Below are positions 28,354 through 39,825 of a stretch of 64,000 bases of DNA, piece after piece; position 1 is the first letter of the stretch; each line of letters begins with the position of its first letter. Both the position numbers and the translations under genes were made by a program. A model generated the notes under the pieces. The model saw only the letters and a list, made by a program, of their open reading frames with translations. It had not been told where the DNA came from and searched no databases. This DNA comes from Pseudomonadota bacterium (GTDB lineage: Bacteria > Pseudomonadota > Gammaproteobacteria > Steroidobacterales > Steroidobacteraceae). The stretch is from positions 2,919-66,918 of the forward strand of contig JAKBCR010000005.1 in the NCBI GenBank assembly GCA_021807675.1, in the 5' to 3' direction.

Positions 28354-29541
28354 ATGCAACTGAGCGCTTCGATCGAGTCGCCTGCTCGAGCCCCCTCGTA
28401 CACCGGCATCCTGCCCTGTCAGAAGATCAGAGGCATGCTGGGTGCCGGAGAGATCCTGCCGGCGGGGATTCTCAAGGACGGGGAGATCCTTCCCGACCAG
28501 GTGCAGCCTGCGAGCATAGACCTGCGGCTCGGCGAGTATGCCTATCCGGTCGATGCCAGCTTTCTGCCCGGAAGGGCAATGAAGGTGCTCGAAAAGATGC
28601 GGGAGCTGGATAGCGGCTTCGAGCGCTTCAAGATCGATCTGCGCAACGGGGCGGTCCTCGAGAAGGGCCGCGTCTATGTCATTCCGCTTCTGGAGAGCAT
28701 CAATCTCAGAAGCGACGTCGCGGCGTTCGCGAATCCCAAGAGCTCGACCGGCCGCCTGGACATCCTGACGAGGCTCATTGCAGATCGGGCAACGCGGTTC
28801 GATCAGGTCGAGGAGGGCTATGAAGGACAGCTGTACATCGAAGTCGCTCCCCGCAGCTTCAGCGTCGTGGTCAGAACGGGCACGCGCCTGAATCAGCTCC
28901 GATTCCGCCGCACGCGCGGAGAGAACCCCAGGCCGATCACCGTTGCCGACTGGAAGTCGCTTCTCACCGAAGGGCAGATCGCGGATTCGAGCGGCATGGG
29001 CGAGAGGACGGGTTTCCTGCCCTTCACCATCGATTTGAGGGGATCTGGCGCCGATGAGGTCCTCGTCGGGTGGCGCGCGAAGAAGCACGCCAGACGCATC
29101 GATCTGGAGCGGCGCGACTACGATCCGCTGGACTTCTGGGAGCCTATCCGCTTCCACAAGGAGTCCTCCCTGATCCTCGATCCGGACGAGTTCTACATCC
29201 TGGTGACGAAGGAGGCGATCGCGGTGCCTCCGGAGTTTGCCGCGGAGATGCTCCCGTATGACACGCGGGCCGGTGAGTTTCGAGTTCACTATGCCGGCTT
29301 CTTCGATCCCGGATTCGGCTGGGACATGCGTACGAGACGAGCCGGCAGCAGCAGGGGCGTGTTGGAGGTCCGCTCCCATGAGGTGCCCTTCCTCCTGGAG
29401 CACGGACAGACGGTAGGTTGGCTGCGCTACGAGCGCATGGCCGAGCGGCCGGACATACTCTACGGAAGCGACACCGCGTCGAATTACCAGGGGCAGCAGC
29501 TTCGACTGGCGAAGCAGTTCCGGGCGTTCCAGGCGGTCTGA
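28354..29541 (+). CDS. Long-form 2'-deoxycytidine 5'-triphosphate deaminase (DCD) family protein with a tandem dUTPase-like fold
   Basis: First half: QPASIDLRLG...ANPKSSTGRLDILTR...QLYIEVAPRSF. Second half: FYILVTKEAIAVPPEFAAEM...HYAGFFDPGFG...GVLEVRSHEVPF. 395 aa versus about 190 aa for canonical Dcd. Confidence 0.75.
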   Translation: MQLSASIESPARAPSYTGILPCQKIRGMLGAGEILPAGILKDGEILPDQVQPASIDLRLGEYAYPVDASFLPGRAMKVLEKMRELDSGFERFKIDLRNGAVLEKGRVYVIPLLESINLRSDVAAFANPKSSTGRLDILTRLIADRATRFDQVEEGYEGQLYIEVAPRSFSVVVRTGTRLNQLRFRRTRGENPRPITVADWKSLLTEGQIADSSGMGERTGFLPFTIDLRGSGADEVLVGWRAKKHARRIDLERRDYDPLDFWEPIRFHKESSLILDPDEFYILVTKEAIAVPPEFAAEMLPYDTRAGEFRVHYAGFFDPGFGWDMRTRRAGSSRGVLEVRSHEVPFLLEHGQTVGWLRYERMAERPDILYGSDTASNYQGQQLRLAKQFRAFQAV

Positions 29542-29542
29542 G

Positions 29543-30292
29543 TCACTTGCGGGTAAAGGCCCGGATCTGAAGCGAGAGCTGAATGTTACCCTTCACGCGC
29601 TGCTCGGCGCGCGCCGGCATGTAATCCAGCGCGGGGGCGAGCCAGAGATAGGTCGTCTTCTGCGAACCGGGCTCGTGGCTGGTGTAAAGAATGGTGCGTA
29701 GCTTCCCGAGCGGCGTGTCGAGCGTCGTCGCCTCGTGGCGGACGTACAGGAAGCGGTCGATCTCGTCGGTGTTGAGCATCCAGAAGCTGTCCGGAGCGCT
29801 CCGCGCCCGGAGCTTGAGCATGATGGCGATCTGCACCGACAGGGGATCCTGGGTCCCCGGTTGCAAGCGCAAGTCGAGCGGCTTTCCCTTGGCCATGCCG
29901 GTCACATGGCCGTCTTTCCAGTCGAACTGCGCCATCACGTCGTTTCCGCCACCGCCTGCCTCGAAGGCGAGAGGCTCGACCTCGCCGGCGGTGATCCTGA
30001 AGCGGCTCGATTGGCGCAGCGGCTGGGGGAACACGAGCCGGAACACGCCGTATGCAATATCGGTCGAGGTGTATAAATACGAGTCTGCCGCGGTCTGGCG
30101 CAGCTCGAGAGTCGAGGCGCCCGCAGTGAGGCCGTGCCACGCGATGGTGTAAGTCGCGACGAACGGGACGGGATTTGAAGTTGGCGCGGTCGGCTGCGAG
30201 AGAGCCTGCCCAGCCGGCGCCGCCTGGACCGTCGCGGCCGCCAGCAGGACGGCGGCGGCGAGACCGACGCGCTCAGCGCTCCATTGCCTCAT
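29543..30292 (-). CDS. DUF3108 family secreted protein
   Basis: Signal peptide (AAAVLLAAATVQAAPAG). Typical position next to purN. Beta-rich sequence consistent with DUF3108. Confidence 0.6.
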   Translation of the reverse strand: MRQWSAERVGLAAAVLLAAATVQAAPAGQALSQPTAPTSNPVPFVATYTIAWHGLTAGASTLELRQTAADSYLYTSTDIAYGVFRLVFPQPLRQSSRFRITAGEVEPLAFEAGGGGNDVMAQFDWKDGHVTGMAKGKPLDLRLQPGTQDPLSVQIAIMLKLRARSAPDSFWMLNTDEIDRFLYVRHEATTLDTPLGKLRTILYTSHEPGSQKTTYLWLAPALDYMPARAEQRVKGNIQLSLQIRAFTRK

Positions 30293-30304
30293 TACGCCTC
30301 GTCA

Positions 30305-30961
30305 TCACGGGAAGTCCTCCACCACGGGCGCATCGAGCGCCTTGCCATCGAGCCACGGCCGGCCTTCCCGCCACGCGAGCCTGCCGTCGGCGAGCCAGCC
30401 GATCACCCGCGGGTAGATGATGTGCTCCGTCGCCTGAACCCGCGCTGACAGCGTGTCCTCGGTATCCGCCGTCCGTACGGCAACTCTCGACTGGAGAATG
30501 ACCGGTCCGCCGTCGAGTTCCGCAGTGACGAAATGCACGCTGGCCCCGTGGATCCGATCGCGGGCCTCGAGCGCGCGTCGGTGAGTGTGCAGCCCGCGGT
30601 ATCGCGGCAGGAGCGAGGGATGGATGTTGAGAATCCGGCCCGCGCGCGCCTCGACGAACTGTTGCGACAGGATCCGCATGAACCCGGCGAGGACGATGAT
30701 GTCCGGGCACGCAGCGGCGAGTGCGGCGTCGAGGGAACGCTCGAACTGCTCGCGCTCCGCGGCGCCGGGCCACGCTACGGTGCGAGCGTCGATTCCGAGA
30801 GCGCGGGCCGCGTCGAGGCCGGCGGCACTTGCTCGCTCGGAGAGCACGAGATCGACGCGCGCGTTGATCCGCCCCTCGGCACAGGCGCGCGCGATCGCGG
30901 ACATGTTCGAGCCGCGGCCGGAGATGAGGATCGCGAGCCGCAGCGGGTCCGTACCGGTCAC
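30305..30961 (-). CDS. purN: Phosphoribosylglycinamide formyltransferase
   Basis: [45 protein letters not shown]. Confidence 0.93.
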   Translation of the reverse strand: MTGTDPLRLAILISGRGSNMSAIARACAEGRINARVDLVLSERASAAGLDAARALGIDARTVAWPGAAEREQFERSLDAALAAACPDIIVLAGFMRILSQQFVEARAGRILNIHPSLLPRYRGLHTHRRALEARDRIHGASVHFVTAELDGGPVILQSRVAVRTADTEDTLSARVQATEHIIYPRVIGWLADGRLAWREGRPWLDGKALDAPVVEDFP

Positions 30962-31989
30962 TCTGCTATGGCCACGCCGCGCGAGCCCGGACGGATCTCT
31001 CCGATGATTTGCGCCGATTCCCCGCGTGCGACGAGGAAATCGACCGCCCGCGATGCCTGCTCCTTCGGCACGATGGCGACCATGCCGATACCGCAGTTGA
31101 AAGTCCGGTACATCTCCACCGGCTCGATGCGCCCCACCTGTTGCAGCCAGTCGAAGACAGGATCGCGCTGCCAGCGGCGGCGCTCGAGCACGGCTTCCAA
31201 GCCCTCGGGCAACACCCGCGGGATATTGTCCGTCAGTCCCCCGCCGGTGATATGCGCCAATGCGTGCACTTCGAGCTGCCGCGCGAGCGCAAGGAGGGGC
31301 TTGACGTAGATGCGGGTGGGCGCGAGCAGCCGGTCGAGGAGCGGCTTGCCATCGATCTGTGTACTGCCGACCGCGCCGCTCAGCGCAACGAGCTTGCGAA
31401 TCAGCGAATAGCCGTTGGAATGAGGACCGGAGGAGGCGAGGCCGAGCACGGCGTCGCCGGCGCGCACCTGGCTGCCATCAATGATCGCGTCCTTCTCCAC
31501 CACGCCCACGCAGAAGCCGGCCAGATCGTAATCCTCTCCGTAATAGATGCCGGGCATCTCCGCGGTTTCTCCTCCGACCAGGGCGGCACCGGCCTGTGCG
31601 CATCCCTCCACGATGCCGCGCACCACGGCTTCGGCCACATCGACGCGAAGCTTGCCGGTGGCGTAGTAGTCCAGAAAGAAGAGCGGCTCCGCGCCGTGCA
31701 CGGCGATGTCGTTGGCGCACATGGCGACGAGGTCGATTCCGATCGTGTCGTGGCGTCCTGCGTCGATGGCGAGGCGCAGCTTCGTTCCCACACCGTCCGT
31801 TCCCGAGACGAGAACCGGTCGCCGATAGCCTGGTGGCAGCTCCACGAGCGCGCCGAAGCCGCCGATACCGGCCAGAACCTCGGGCCGTCGCACGCGCGCG
31901 ACCAGAGGCTTGATGCGCTCGACGAGCTCGTCGCCGGCGTCCATATCGACACCGGCATCACGATACGTCATGCCTCGGCCTTCACTCAC
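30958..31989 (-). CDS. purM: Phosphoribosylformylglycinamidine cyclo-ligase (AIR synthetase)
   Basis: [45 protein letters not shown]. The stop overlaps the purN start (ATGA). Confidence 0.94.
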   Translation of the reverse strand: MSEGRGMTYRDAGVDMDAGDELVERIKPLVARVRRPEVLAGIGGFGALVELPPGYRRPVLVSGTDGVGTKLRLAIDAGRHDTIGIDLVAMCANDIAVHGAEPLFFLDYYATGKLRVDVAEAVVRGIVEGCAQAGAALVGGETAEMPGIYYGEDYDLAGFCVGVVEKDAIIDGSQVRAGDAVLGLASSGPHSNGYSLIRKLVALSGAVGSTQIDGKPLLDRLLAPTRIYVKPLLALARQLEVHALAHITGGGLTDNIPRVLPEGLEAVLERRRWQRDPVFDWLQQVGRIEPVEMYRTFNCGIGMVAIVPKEQASRAVDFLVARGESAQIIGEIRPGSRGVAIAE

Positions 31990-32097
31990 CGAAACGCCCT
32001 CGTGTACAGGCCGGAGCCCTTGCCGGCAGTCGCCATGGTCTCACCCGGGAAGATGGAAATCGAAGATCGCGCGCCGCAGCCGGGCGCTCGCGCGAGG

Positions 32098-32133
32098 GGT
32101 ATTGCACGTGTGGTATTGTACATTTTGCGCAAA
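32098..32133. promoter_or_regulatory. Candidate operator/promoter in the purM | DUF2066 divergent spacer
   Basis: Direct repeat GGTATTG(C/T)AC at 32098-32107 and 32112-32121, then a perfect 10-bp palindrome TTTGCGCAAA at 32124-32133. This is the most AT-rich patch of the spacer. Confidence 0.3.
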
Positions 32134-32159
32134 CGAGTGGCGCGATCCAAACACTGCCG

Positions 32160-33275
32160 ATGCCCTGCCGCGAGATTACCGTGAAGAGCCTGGTCCGAAT
32201 GGCGCTGCTGCTTGCGGCGTGCGTCGCGCTGCCGATGACGGCCTGGGCGGCGCGCCCGGTGCCGGTTTTCCAGGTCGATGTGGCGGGCCAGTCCGTGCCG
32301 GACTTGCAGCAGGGCATGCGCGAGGCGCTGGTGCGCGCGACGGGGCGGCAAGAGTCGGCAAGCGACCCGGTTTTCGCCGGGCTGATCGCCGATGCACCCC
32401 AATATGTCCAAGGGTTCGATCGTGGCCGGCAGGGCGAGCTGCAGGTCGTTTTCAATGGAGCGGCGGTCGGGAAGACCATCGCCGCCCTGGATCGCAGCGT
32501 CTGGGACCCGACACGCCCGTTCACCCTGGTGGTGCTCTACCCGCCGCCCGATCAGTCCGATCAGTCCACCGACCAGGCGGGGCTCGAGCAAGCCGCGGAG
32601 CAGCGGGGACTTCCGATCAGCATCGTGCCGTTGCCGGTCGCCGATGAGAGCGGCAATCTGCTGCCGCGCGAGGCCCTGCTCGAGATGGCGCACCGCTACG
32701 GCGCGGAGGAGCTTCTGGTGGGCAGACCGCCGCCGGCCCAGACCGCGGCCGCAGGGACGGCGCTGCCAGGCAGCGGTTCGCCTGCCACGATTCCCGCTTT
32801 TTCCGGGGCTGCCGCCGCGCCCCCGTCGCCAGGGGCGCCGGCCACGCTCGCCGCAGGCTCACCGGCGGCGACTGCTGGCGCGGCGCAAGCGTGGCAGTGG
32901 ACGCTCTACACCGATTTCGCCAGTCGGAGCTGGAGCGGTCAACTCACTGCGGGCATCGATGGCACTGTCGACCTGCTCGCGCCGCCGCCGGGACCCGCCT
33001 CGGCCAACGCGCCCGCGGTGGCTGAGCTCGAGATAAAAGGCGTATCCAGCCTTTCCGACTATGCCCACATCGAGCTGATGCTCGGCGCCGTCCCGGGCGT
33101 GAGCGCGGCGAACGTGAGGCAAGTCAACGGCGACTCCGTTCTGTTCGAGGTGACGGTGCGCGGCGGGCCGGCCACCATCGGCCGGGAGCTGGCGAGCTCG
33201 AGCAGCTTCACGCGCGTCGGGACAGCGGAGCAGGGCACCGGAGCACCGCTCGTCTACCGGTACCGGTCGGGTTAG
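32160..33275 (+). CDS. DUF2066 family periplasmic protein
   Basis: Signal peptide, then PVFQVDVAGQS...ALVRATG...APQYVQGF. Conserved position between purM and hda in gammaproteobacteria. Confidence 0.6.
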   Translation: MPCREITVKSLVRMALLLAACVALPMTAWAARPVPVFQVDVAGQSVPDLQQGMREALVRATGRQESASDPVFAGLIADAPQYVQGFDRGRQGELQVVFNGAAVGKTIAALDRSVWDPTRPFTLVVLYPPPDQSDQSTDQAGLEQAAEQRGLPISIVPLPVADESGNLLPREALLEMAHRYGAEELLVGRPPPAQTAAAGTALPGSGSPATIPAFSGAAAAPPSPGAPATLAAGSPAATAGAAQAWQWTLYTDFASRSWSGQLTAGIDGTVDLLAPPPGPASANAPAVAELEIKGVSSLSDYAHIELMLGAVPGVSAANVRQVNGDSVLFEVTVRGGPATIGRELASSSSFTRVGTAEQGTGAPLVYRYRSG

Positions 33276-33322
33276 CCGCACCCCAAAGCCGCACGCGGAC
33301 GCAGCTGCTCCTCAAGATCTCC

Positions 33323-33958
33323 ATGCGTCACCTGCCCAACCTCATCTGTCTGGTCCGCCTCGCGCTCATCTGGCCGATCGCCCTCGCGCTCTATGGCCAT
33401 CGGTACGGTCTCGCGCTGGCGCTGTTCGTCGTGGCGGCGATTTCCGACGGACTGGACGGCTATCTCGCCAAGCGCTTCAATTGGATTTCCAACCTCGGCA
33501 AGTTCCTCGATCCGGCGGCCGACAAGCTGTTGCTCGTCACCGTGTTCGTCGAATCGACCTGGCTCGGCCTCGTGCCCTGGTGGGTGACCGCGGCGGCGGT
33601 CGCGAGGGACGCCATGATCGCGTTGGGTGCGCTCATCTACAGAGCCTGGTTCGGTCCGCTCCGCGGGCGGCCGACGATCATCAGCAAGATCAACACGGCC
33701 GCGCAGCTGCTTTATCTGATGGCGGTCATGCTGGGTGCCGCGGTCGCTTTCCCGCCCCACGATGTCTTGCGAGCGCTCGCGCTGACCGTATTCACCACCA
33801 CTGTCCTCTCCGGCTTCGGCTACGTGCAAGCCTTCACGCGGCGGGCATGGTCGTCGGTCGCAATGAAGGAAAGCGAAATCAGACGGCGCGAGACGCCAGC
33901 CGGTCGGCGAGACCCGGCCGCGCAGCGGCAGGGCAAGGGCGCCAAGCGCACGGCCTGA
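33323..33958 (+). CDS. CDP-alcohol phosphatidyltransferase family protein
   Basis: DGLDGYLAKRFNWISNLGKFLDPAADKLLL contains the D-G-x2-A-R/K...G-x3-D-x3-D motif. Confidence 0.85.
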   Translation: MRHLPNLICLVRLALIWPIALALYGHRYGLALALFVVAAISDGLDGYLAKRFNWISNLGKFLDPAADKLLLVTVFVESTWLGLVPWWVTAAAVARDAMIALGALIYRAWFGPLRGRPTIISKINTAAQLLYLMAVMLGAAVAFPPHDVLRALALTVFTTTVLSGFGYVQAFTRRAWSSVAMKESEIRRRETPAGRRDPAAQRQGKGAKRTA

Positions 33959-33967
33959 GGAGCACGC

Positions 33968-35440
<1,473 letters not shown>

Positions 35441-35447
35441 TCACGCC

Positions 35448-35717
35448 ATGATCTGCAAGAAATGCCTCGTATCGGGCCGTGTTCAGGGGGTGTTTTATCG
35501 CGGCAGCGCTGCGCAGCGCGCGCGCGAGCTCGGGGTGCGAGGGTACGCGCGAAACCTCCCCGACGGACGCGTGGAGGTCCTGGCGTGCGGCGAGGAAGCG
35601 ACCGTGCAGGCGTTCGTGAGCTGGCTCTGGATAGGCTCGTCCGCCGCGAAAGTGACCTCGGTGGACGTCGCCGACGCGCCGGAGCATGGCGCGCCCCCGG
35701 GATTCCATACCGCGTAG
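35448..35717 (+). CDS. Acylphosphatase
   Basis: VSGRVQGVFYRGSAAQRARELGVRGYARNLPDGRVEV. 89 aa from MICKK. Confidence 0.85.
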   Translation: MICKKCLVSGRVQGVFYRGSAAQRARELGVRGYARNLPDGRVEVLACGEEATVQAFVSWLWIGSSAAKVTSVDVADAPEHGAPPGFHTA

Positions 35718-35732
35718 GTCGTGAGGAGGCCA

Positions 35733-35837
35733 GGCACAGGATGTGCCCCGCCGCCGCAGGTGGCGGGCGGTGAGCAAAAAACCACGCTTTTTTGCTCAAC
35801 GCGCGCCGGGCCGGGCACGTTGCCCGGATGCGGCGCT
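35733..35837. repeat. Composite palindromic repeat, copy A (REP/BIME-like)
   Basis: About 80 percent identical by hand alignment to 55976-56080. Shared blocks are ggcacagg..gtgcc, cgccgccgcaggtggcg, gcaaaa..N..ttttttgc and gggccgggcacg(t/a)tgcccggat. Confidence 0.85.
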
Positions 35838-36417
35838 TGAACTGCCGAATCCCAGATCGTCGGCGCCCGACCAGCGTTCCCAATCCGTGAGAACGCGATC
35901 GGGATATTCCGGGTGGCCCACGCTGCCGTTGTATTTCTCCAGCGCGAGGCGCACGTCGTCGTGCGTGTATTTCAGATAGAACCTCAGAATCGCGCAGCCC
36001 ATCCTGATGTTGGGTGTGACGTGCACGAGCTCGTAGCGCTTCATCCCGAGCCGCTCCGGCCAGTAGGGCATCACCTGCATCAAGCCGACGGCGCCGCTCG
36101 CAGAGACCGCCCAGCGATTGAAGTCGCTCTCCACCTGCATTACCGCCATCACGAGACCCGGCGGCAGCTTCGAGGCGCCCGGCCGGTGGGTCGCGCAATA
36201 CACCTGCTTGAGGATCTTCAGCCGCTCGCCCGGGTTGCGCACGAAGGACTTCAGCCGCGGCTCCATCATCGTGTACCACACGGCGGCATCGAAGCGATCG
36301 GCGAAGCATTGCGCCTGCGCGATGGCGCGCTGGACGACGGGGCCGAGCGCCGGATCCCGCTGCGGGTCGGCGCGAGCGGGCGGAACCAGCACGGCGATCA
36401 GCACTGCCGCGAGCATC
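35796..36417 (-). CDS. Lytic transglycosylase (SLT domain), secreted
   Basis: AVMQVESDFNRWAVSASGAVGLMQVMP. Signal-like N-terminus MLAAVLIAVLV. The last roughly 14 codons lie inside repeat copy A. Confidence 0.8.
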
Positions 36418-36453
36418 GTCACGTGCCGGCACGGGGAAGTGCCCCGCCCTGAA

Positions 36454-38160
36454 TTATCGCAGGCGCGCTTTGATGAAGGCGACCGCCTCACCGGCGGGGA
36501 ACTCCGTGCTCTCGCTGTCGCGGCGCTGGCGGTACTCCAGCCGACCGGCTTCCAGCCCCCGCTCTGCGACCACCAGCCGATGCGGAATGCCCAGCAGCTC
36601 CGCGTCGGCGAACTTGACCCCGGGCCGGGCATCGCGGTCGTCATAGAGCACCTCGATGCCTTGGGCGGTGAGCTCGTGGTAGAGGCGGTCGGCAACTTCG
36701 CGCACCCGGACGGACTTCTGCAGGTTGATCGGCACGAGCACCACCTGGAACGGCGCCAGCGGCTCTGGCCAGATGATGCCGCGCTCATCGTGATTCTGCT
36801 CGATGGCCGCAGCCACGACGCGCGTCACACCGATGCCATAGCAGCCCATGAGCAGCGTCACTTCCCTGCCCGACTCATCGAGCACGGTCGCCTTCAGCGG
36901 CTCGCTGTACCTGCGCCCCAGCTGGAAGATGTGTCCGACCTCGATGCCGCGCGCGATCTTCAGCCGTCCCCGGCCGCTCGGGCTCGGGTCTCCCTCGCGC
37001 ACGTTGCGAATGTCGGCGGCGGTCACCTCGCCCACGTCCCGCTCCCAATTGACTCCGGTGAGGTGCGTGTCCTTCTGGTTGGCACCGCAGACGAAGTCCG
37101 CCAGAGCCAGTGCGCTGTGATCGGCGTAGATGGGACAGCGCAGCCCCACCGGCCCGATGAACCCGGCTTCGGCACCCGTGGCGCGCGCGATGCGCTCCGC
37201 TCCCGCCATCCGAAAGGGATTTGCGACGCCCGGCAGCCGCTGCGCCTTGATGGCGTTGAGGTCGTGATCGCCGCGCAGGACGAGCGCGACGACGTCCACG
37301 TCCGAGCCTTCCACGAGAAGCGTCTTCACGCAGCGGGAGGGCGCCACCTTGAGCAGGCGTGAGACCTCATCGATCGTGCGCGCGCCGGGTGTTGGTACCT
37401 GGCTCATCGCCTCCCGCGGGGCGGGGCGGGACTCCCGGGGCGGCAGCGCGGCGGCCGCCTCGAGATTGGCGGCGTAGCCGTCCTCGTCCGAGAAGACGAT
37501 CGCGTCCTCCCCGGAGGCGGCGATGACGTGAAACTCCTGCGAGACATCGCCCCCGATCGGCCCGGAATCCGCGCGCACCGCGCGAAAATCCAGCCCCATG
37601 CGGGTGAAGATACGAGTGTAGGCATCGTGCATGGCCTGGTAGCCCTGCTGCAGAGATGCCTCATCGACGTGGAAGGAGTAGGCGTCCTTCATGATGAACT
37701 CGCGCGCCCGCATGACGCCGAAGCGCGGGCGGATCTCGTCGCGGAACTTCGTCTGCACCTGGTAGAAGTTCACCGGGAGCTGCCGGTAGCTTCTGATGTC
37801 GCGGCGGACGATGTCCGTGATCACTTCCTCGTGTGTCGGGCCAGCCACGAAATCGCGCTCGTGGCGGTCCTTGACGCGCAGCAGCTCCGGTCCGTATGCC
37901 GTCCAGCGGCCAGACTCCTGCCACAGCTCCCCCGGCTGGAACACCGGCATGATGAGCTCGAGCGCCCCCGCCCGGTCCATCTCTTCGCGAATGATGGTCT
38001 CTGCCTTGCGCAGGGTCTTCAGACCCATGGGCAGCCAGCTGTAAAGGCCCGCCGCCTCGCGCCGGATGAGCCCCGCCCGCAGCATCAGCTGATGGCTCAG
38101 CACTTCGGCCTCGGCCGGGGTTTCCCTGGTGGTGTTGATCGGGTACTGCGAGAGCCTCAT
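36454..38160 (-). CDS. proS: Prolyl-tRNA synthetase (bacterial type with an editing insertion)
   Basis: [34 protein letters not shown] at the N-terminus. 568 aa. Class II motifs. Confidence 0.94.
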   Translation of the reverse strand: MRLSQYPINTTRETPAEAEVLSHQLMLRAGLIRREAAGLYSWLPMGLKTLRKAETIIREEMDRAGALELIMPVFQPGELWQESGRWTAYGPELLRVKDRHERDFVAGPTHEEVITDIVRRDIRSYRQLPVNFYQVQTKFRDEIRPRFGVMRAREFIMKDAYSFHVDEASLQQGYQAMHDAYTRIFTRMGLDFRAVRADSGPIGGDVSQEFHVIAASGEDAIVFSDEDGYAANLEAAAALPPRESRPAPREAMSQVPTPGARTIDEVSRLLKVAPSRCVKTLLVEGSDVDVVALVLRGDHDLNAIKAQRLPGVANPFRMAGAERIARATGAEAGFIGPVGLRCPIYADHSALALADFVCGANQKDTHLTGVNWERDVGEVTAADIRNVREGDPSPSGRGRLKIARGIEVGHIFQLGRRYSEPLKATVLDESGREVTLLMGCYGIGVTRVVAAAIEQNHDERGIIWPEPLAPFQVVLVPINLQKSVRVREVADRLYHELTAQGIEVLYDDRDARPGVKFADAELLGIPHRLVVAERGLEAGRLEYRQRRDSESTEFPAGEAVAFIKARLR

Positions 38161-38257
38161 CGGTGCGGGGGTCTTTGGCGGGGTGAAGAGTCCCCATCTT
38201 AACAGGAGACCTCCTGATAAAATTCGCTCCCCTTCCGCCTGCAAGACCGAGCCCATC

Positions 38258-39082
38258 TTGACGTCCCGCAGCCAGATCCCGGAGAGTGGCCCGAGCGTGG
38301 AGCCGGATCCCGACAATGAGGTCAAGCCGCGGCGCAAGGGGATATACCTGCTGCCGAACCTGCTGACCACCGGATGCCTCTTCTCGGGGTTCTACGCCAT
38401 CGTCGCCGCGATCGACAAGCATTTCGCGCCGGCGGGCATGGCGGTCTTCCTGGCGATGATCTTCGACACGCTGGATGGACGGATCGCGCGATTGACCCGA
38501 ACGGAGACCGCCTTCGGCAAGGAGTACGACAGCCTTGCGGACATGGTGTCGTTCGGCCTCGCGCCGGCCATCGTCGCCTATCAATGGGGCGTGGTGCGGA
38601 TCGCCGAGTACGGGCACGAATGGGGCCGGTTCGGCTGGCTGGCGTGCTTCTTCTACGCGGTGACGGCGGCGCTTCGCCTCGCCCGCTTCAATGCCCGTGC
38701 CGCCAGCGCCGATAAGCGGTATTTCGAGGGTCTGCCGAGCCCGTCGGCTGCCGCCAACGTCGCGGGCTTCGTATGGGTATCCAGCCAATGGCACGAGCCC
38801 GGGCTCGGCGGGCTCATCGCGGCTTTCACGGTGACCGCGGCGGCCGGCGCGCTCATGGTGAGCCGCTTCGGCTATCCGAGCTTCAAGCAGTTCAACCTCG
38901 ACCGGCGCATCAGCTTCCTCTCTTTGCTCCTGGTGGTGCTCATCGTCGTTCTGATTGCGGTCATCCTGAACGCGACCGGGCCGCCGACATTGCTGCTTGC
39001 GATTTTCGGCACGTACGCCGTCTCCGCCCCGATCACCTGGCTGGTTCGCCGCCTGCGCCGCCGCAGGCGCCTTCCCGCATGA
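38258..39082 (+). CDS. pssA: CDP-diacylglycerol--serine O-phosphatidyltransferase
   Basis: [51 protein letters not shown]. The start is uncertain (TTG at 38258 or GTG at 38297). The track start at 38129 overlaps the proS start region. Confidence 0.82.
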   Translation: MTSRSQIPESGPSVEPDPDNEVKPRRKGIYLLPNLLTTGCLFSGFYAIVAAIDKHFAPAGMAVFLAMIFDTLDGRIARLTRTETAFGKEYDSLADMVSFGLAPAIVAYQWGVVRIAEYGHEWGRFGWLACFFYAVTAALRLARFNARAASADKRYFEGLPSPSAAANVAGFVWVSSQWHEPGLGGLIAAFTVTAAAGALMVSRFGYPSFKQFNLDRRISFLSLLLVVLIVVLIAVILNATGPPTLLLAIFGTYAVSAPITWLVRRLRRRRRLPA

Positions 39083-39825
39083 TGGATCGGGCGCAGCGCG
39101 CCGCGTACCTGGAGGCTCTCGGCATCGATGTCTGGGTGCCGCGAGCCCCAAGCTCTACCGCGACGGTGAGACCGACTGAATCAGCGGACGTGACCCCGGC
39201 CTGCGCCATCTCCGCGAGCCCTGGAGCGAGCGATGGCCACTGGGATGCGCTGCGCGCGGAAGTGCTCGGCTGCACCCGATGCGGGCTGCATGCCGGCCGT
39301 ACCCAGGGCGTCTTCGGGGTGGGCAATCCCCGCGCAGAGTGGATGGTGATCGGCGAGGCGCCCGGGGCCGAGGAAGACCGGCGCGGGGAGCCTTTCGTGG
39401 GCCGCGCCGGACAGCTTCTGGATGCAATGCTGCGCGCGATCGGCCTGAGCCGCGCCGAGAACGTCTACATTGCCAACGTGCTCAAGAGCCGGCCGCCAAA
39501 CAACCGCGATCCGCGCCCGGAGGAGGTCGCCGCCTGTCTGCCATACCTGCGGCGCCAGATCGATCTGGTGCGCCCGCGCGTGCTGCTCGCGGTGGGTCGG
39601 ATTGCGGCCCAGAACCTGCTGGGGACGGACGAGTCCCTGACCCGCCTGCGCGGCCGGGTGCATCGGTTCGGCGAGCTGAACACACCCCTCGTGGTGACGT
39701 ATCATCCCGCCTATCTCCTGCGCAACCCGGCGGACAAGCGCAAGGCGTGGGAGGACTTGAAGTTCGCACGTAGCGTGTTCCGGCAACTGACGGCAGGCGT
39801 ACCCGAAGATGGCCATCGCTCCTGA
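39079..39825 (+). CDS. Uracil-DNA glycosylase, family 4
   Basis: CTRCGL, GEAPGAEEDRRGEPFVGRAGQLL, NVLKSRPPNNRDP, VTYHPAYLLRNP. The ATG overlaps the pssA stop (ATGA). Confidence 0.88.
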   Translation: MMDRAQRAAYLEALGIDVWVPRAPSSTATVRPTESADVTPACAISASPGASDGHWDALRAEVLGCTRCGLHAGRTQGVFGVGNPRAEWMVIGEAPGAEEDRRGEPFVGRAGQLLDAMLRAIGLSRAENVYIANVLKSRPPNNRDPRPEEVAACLPYLRRQIDLVRPRVLLAVGRIAAQNLLGTDESLTRLRGRVHRFGELNTPLVVTYHPAYLLRNPADKRKAWEDLKFARSVFRQLTAGVPEDGHRS

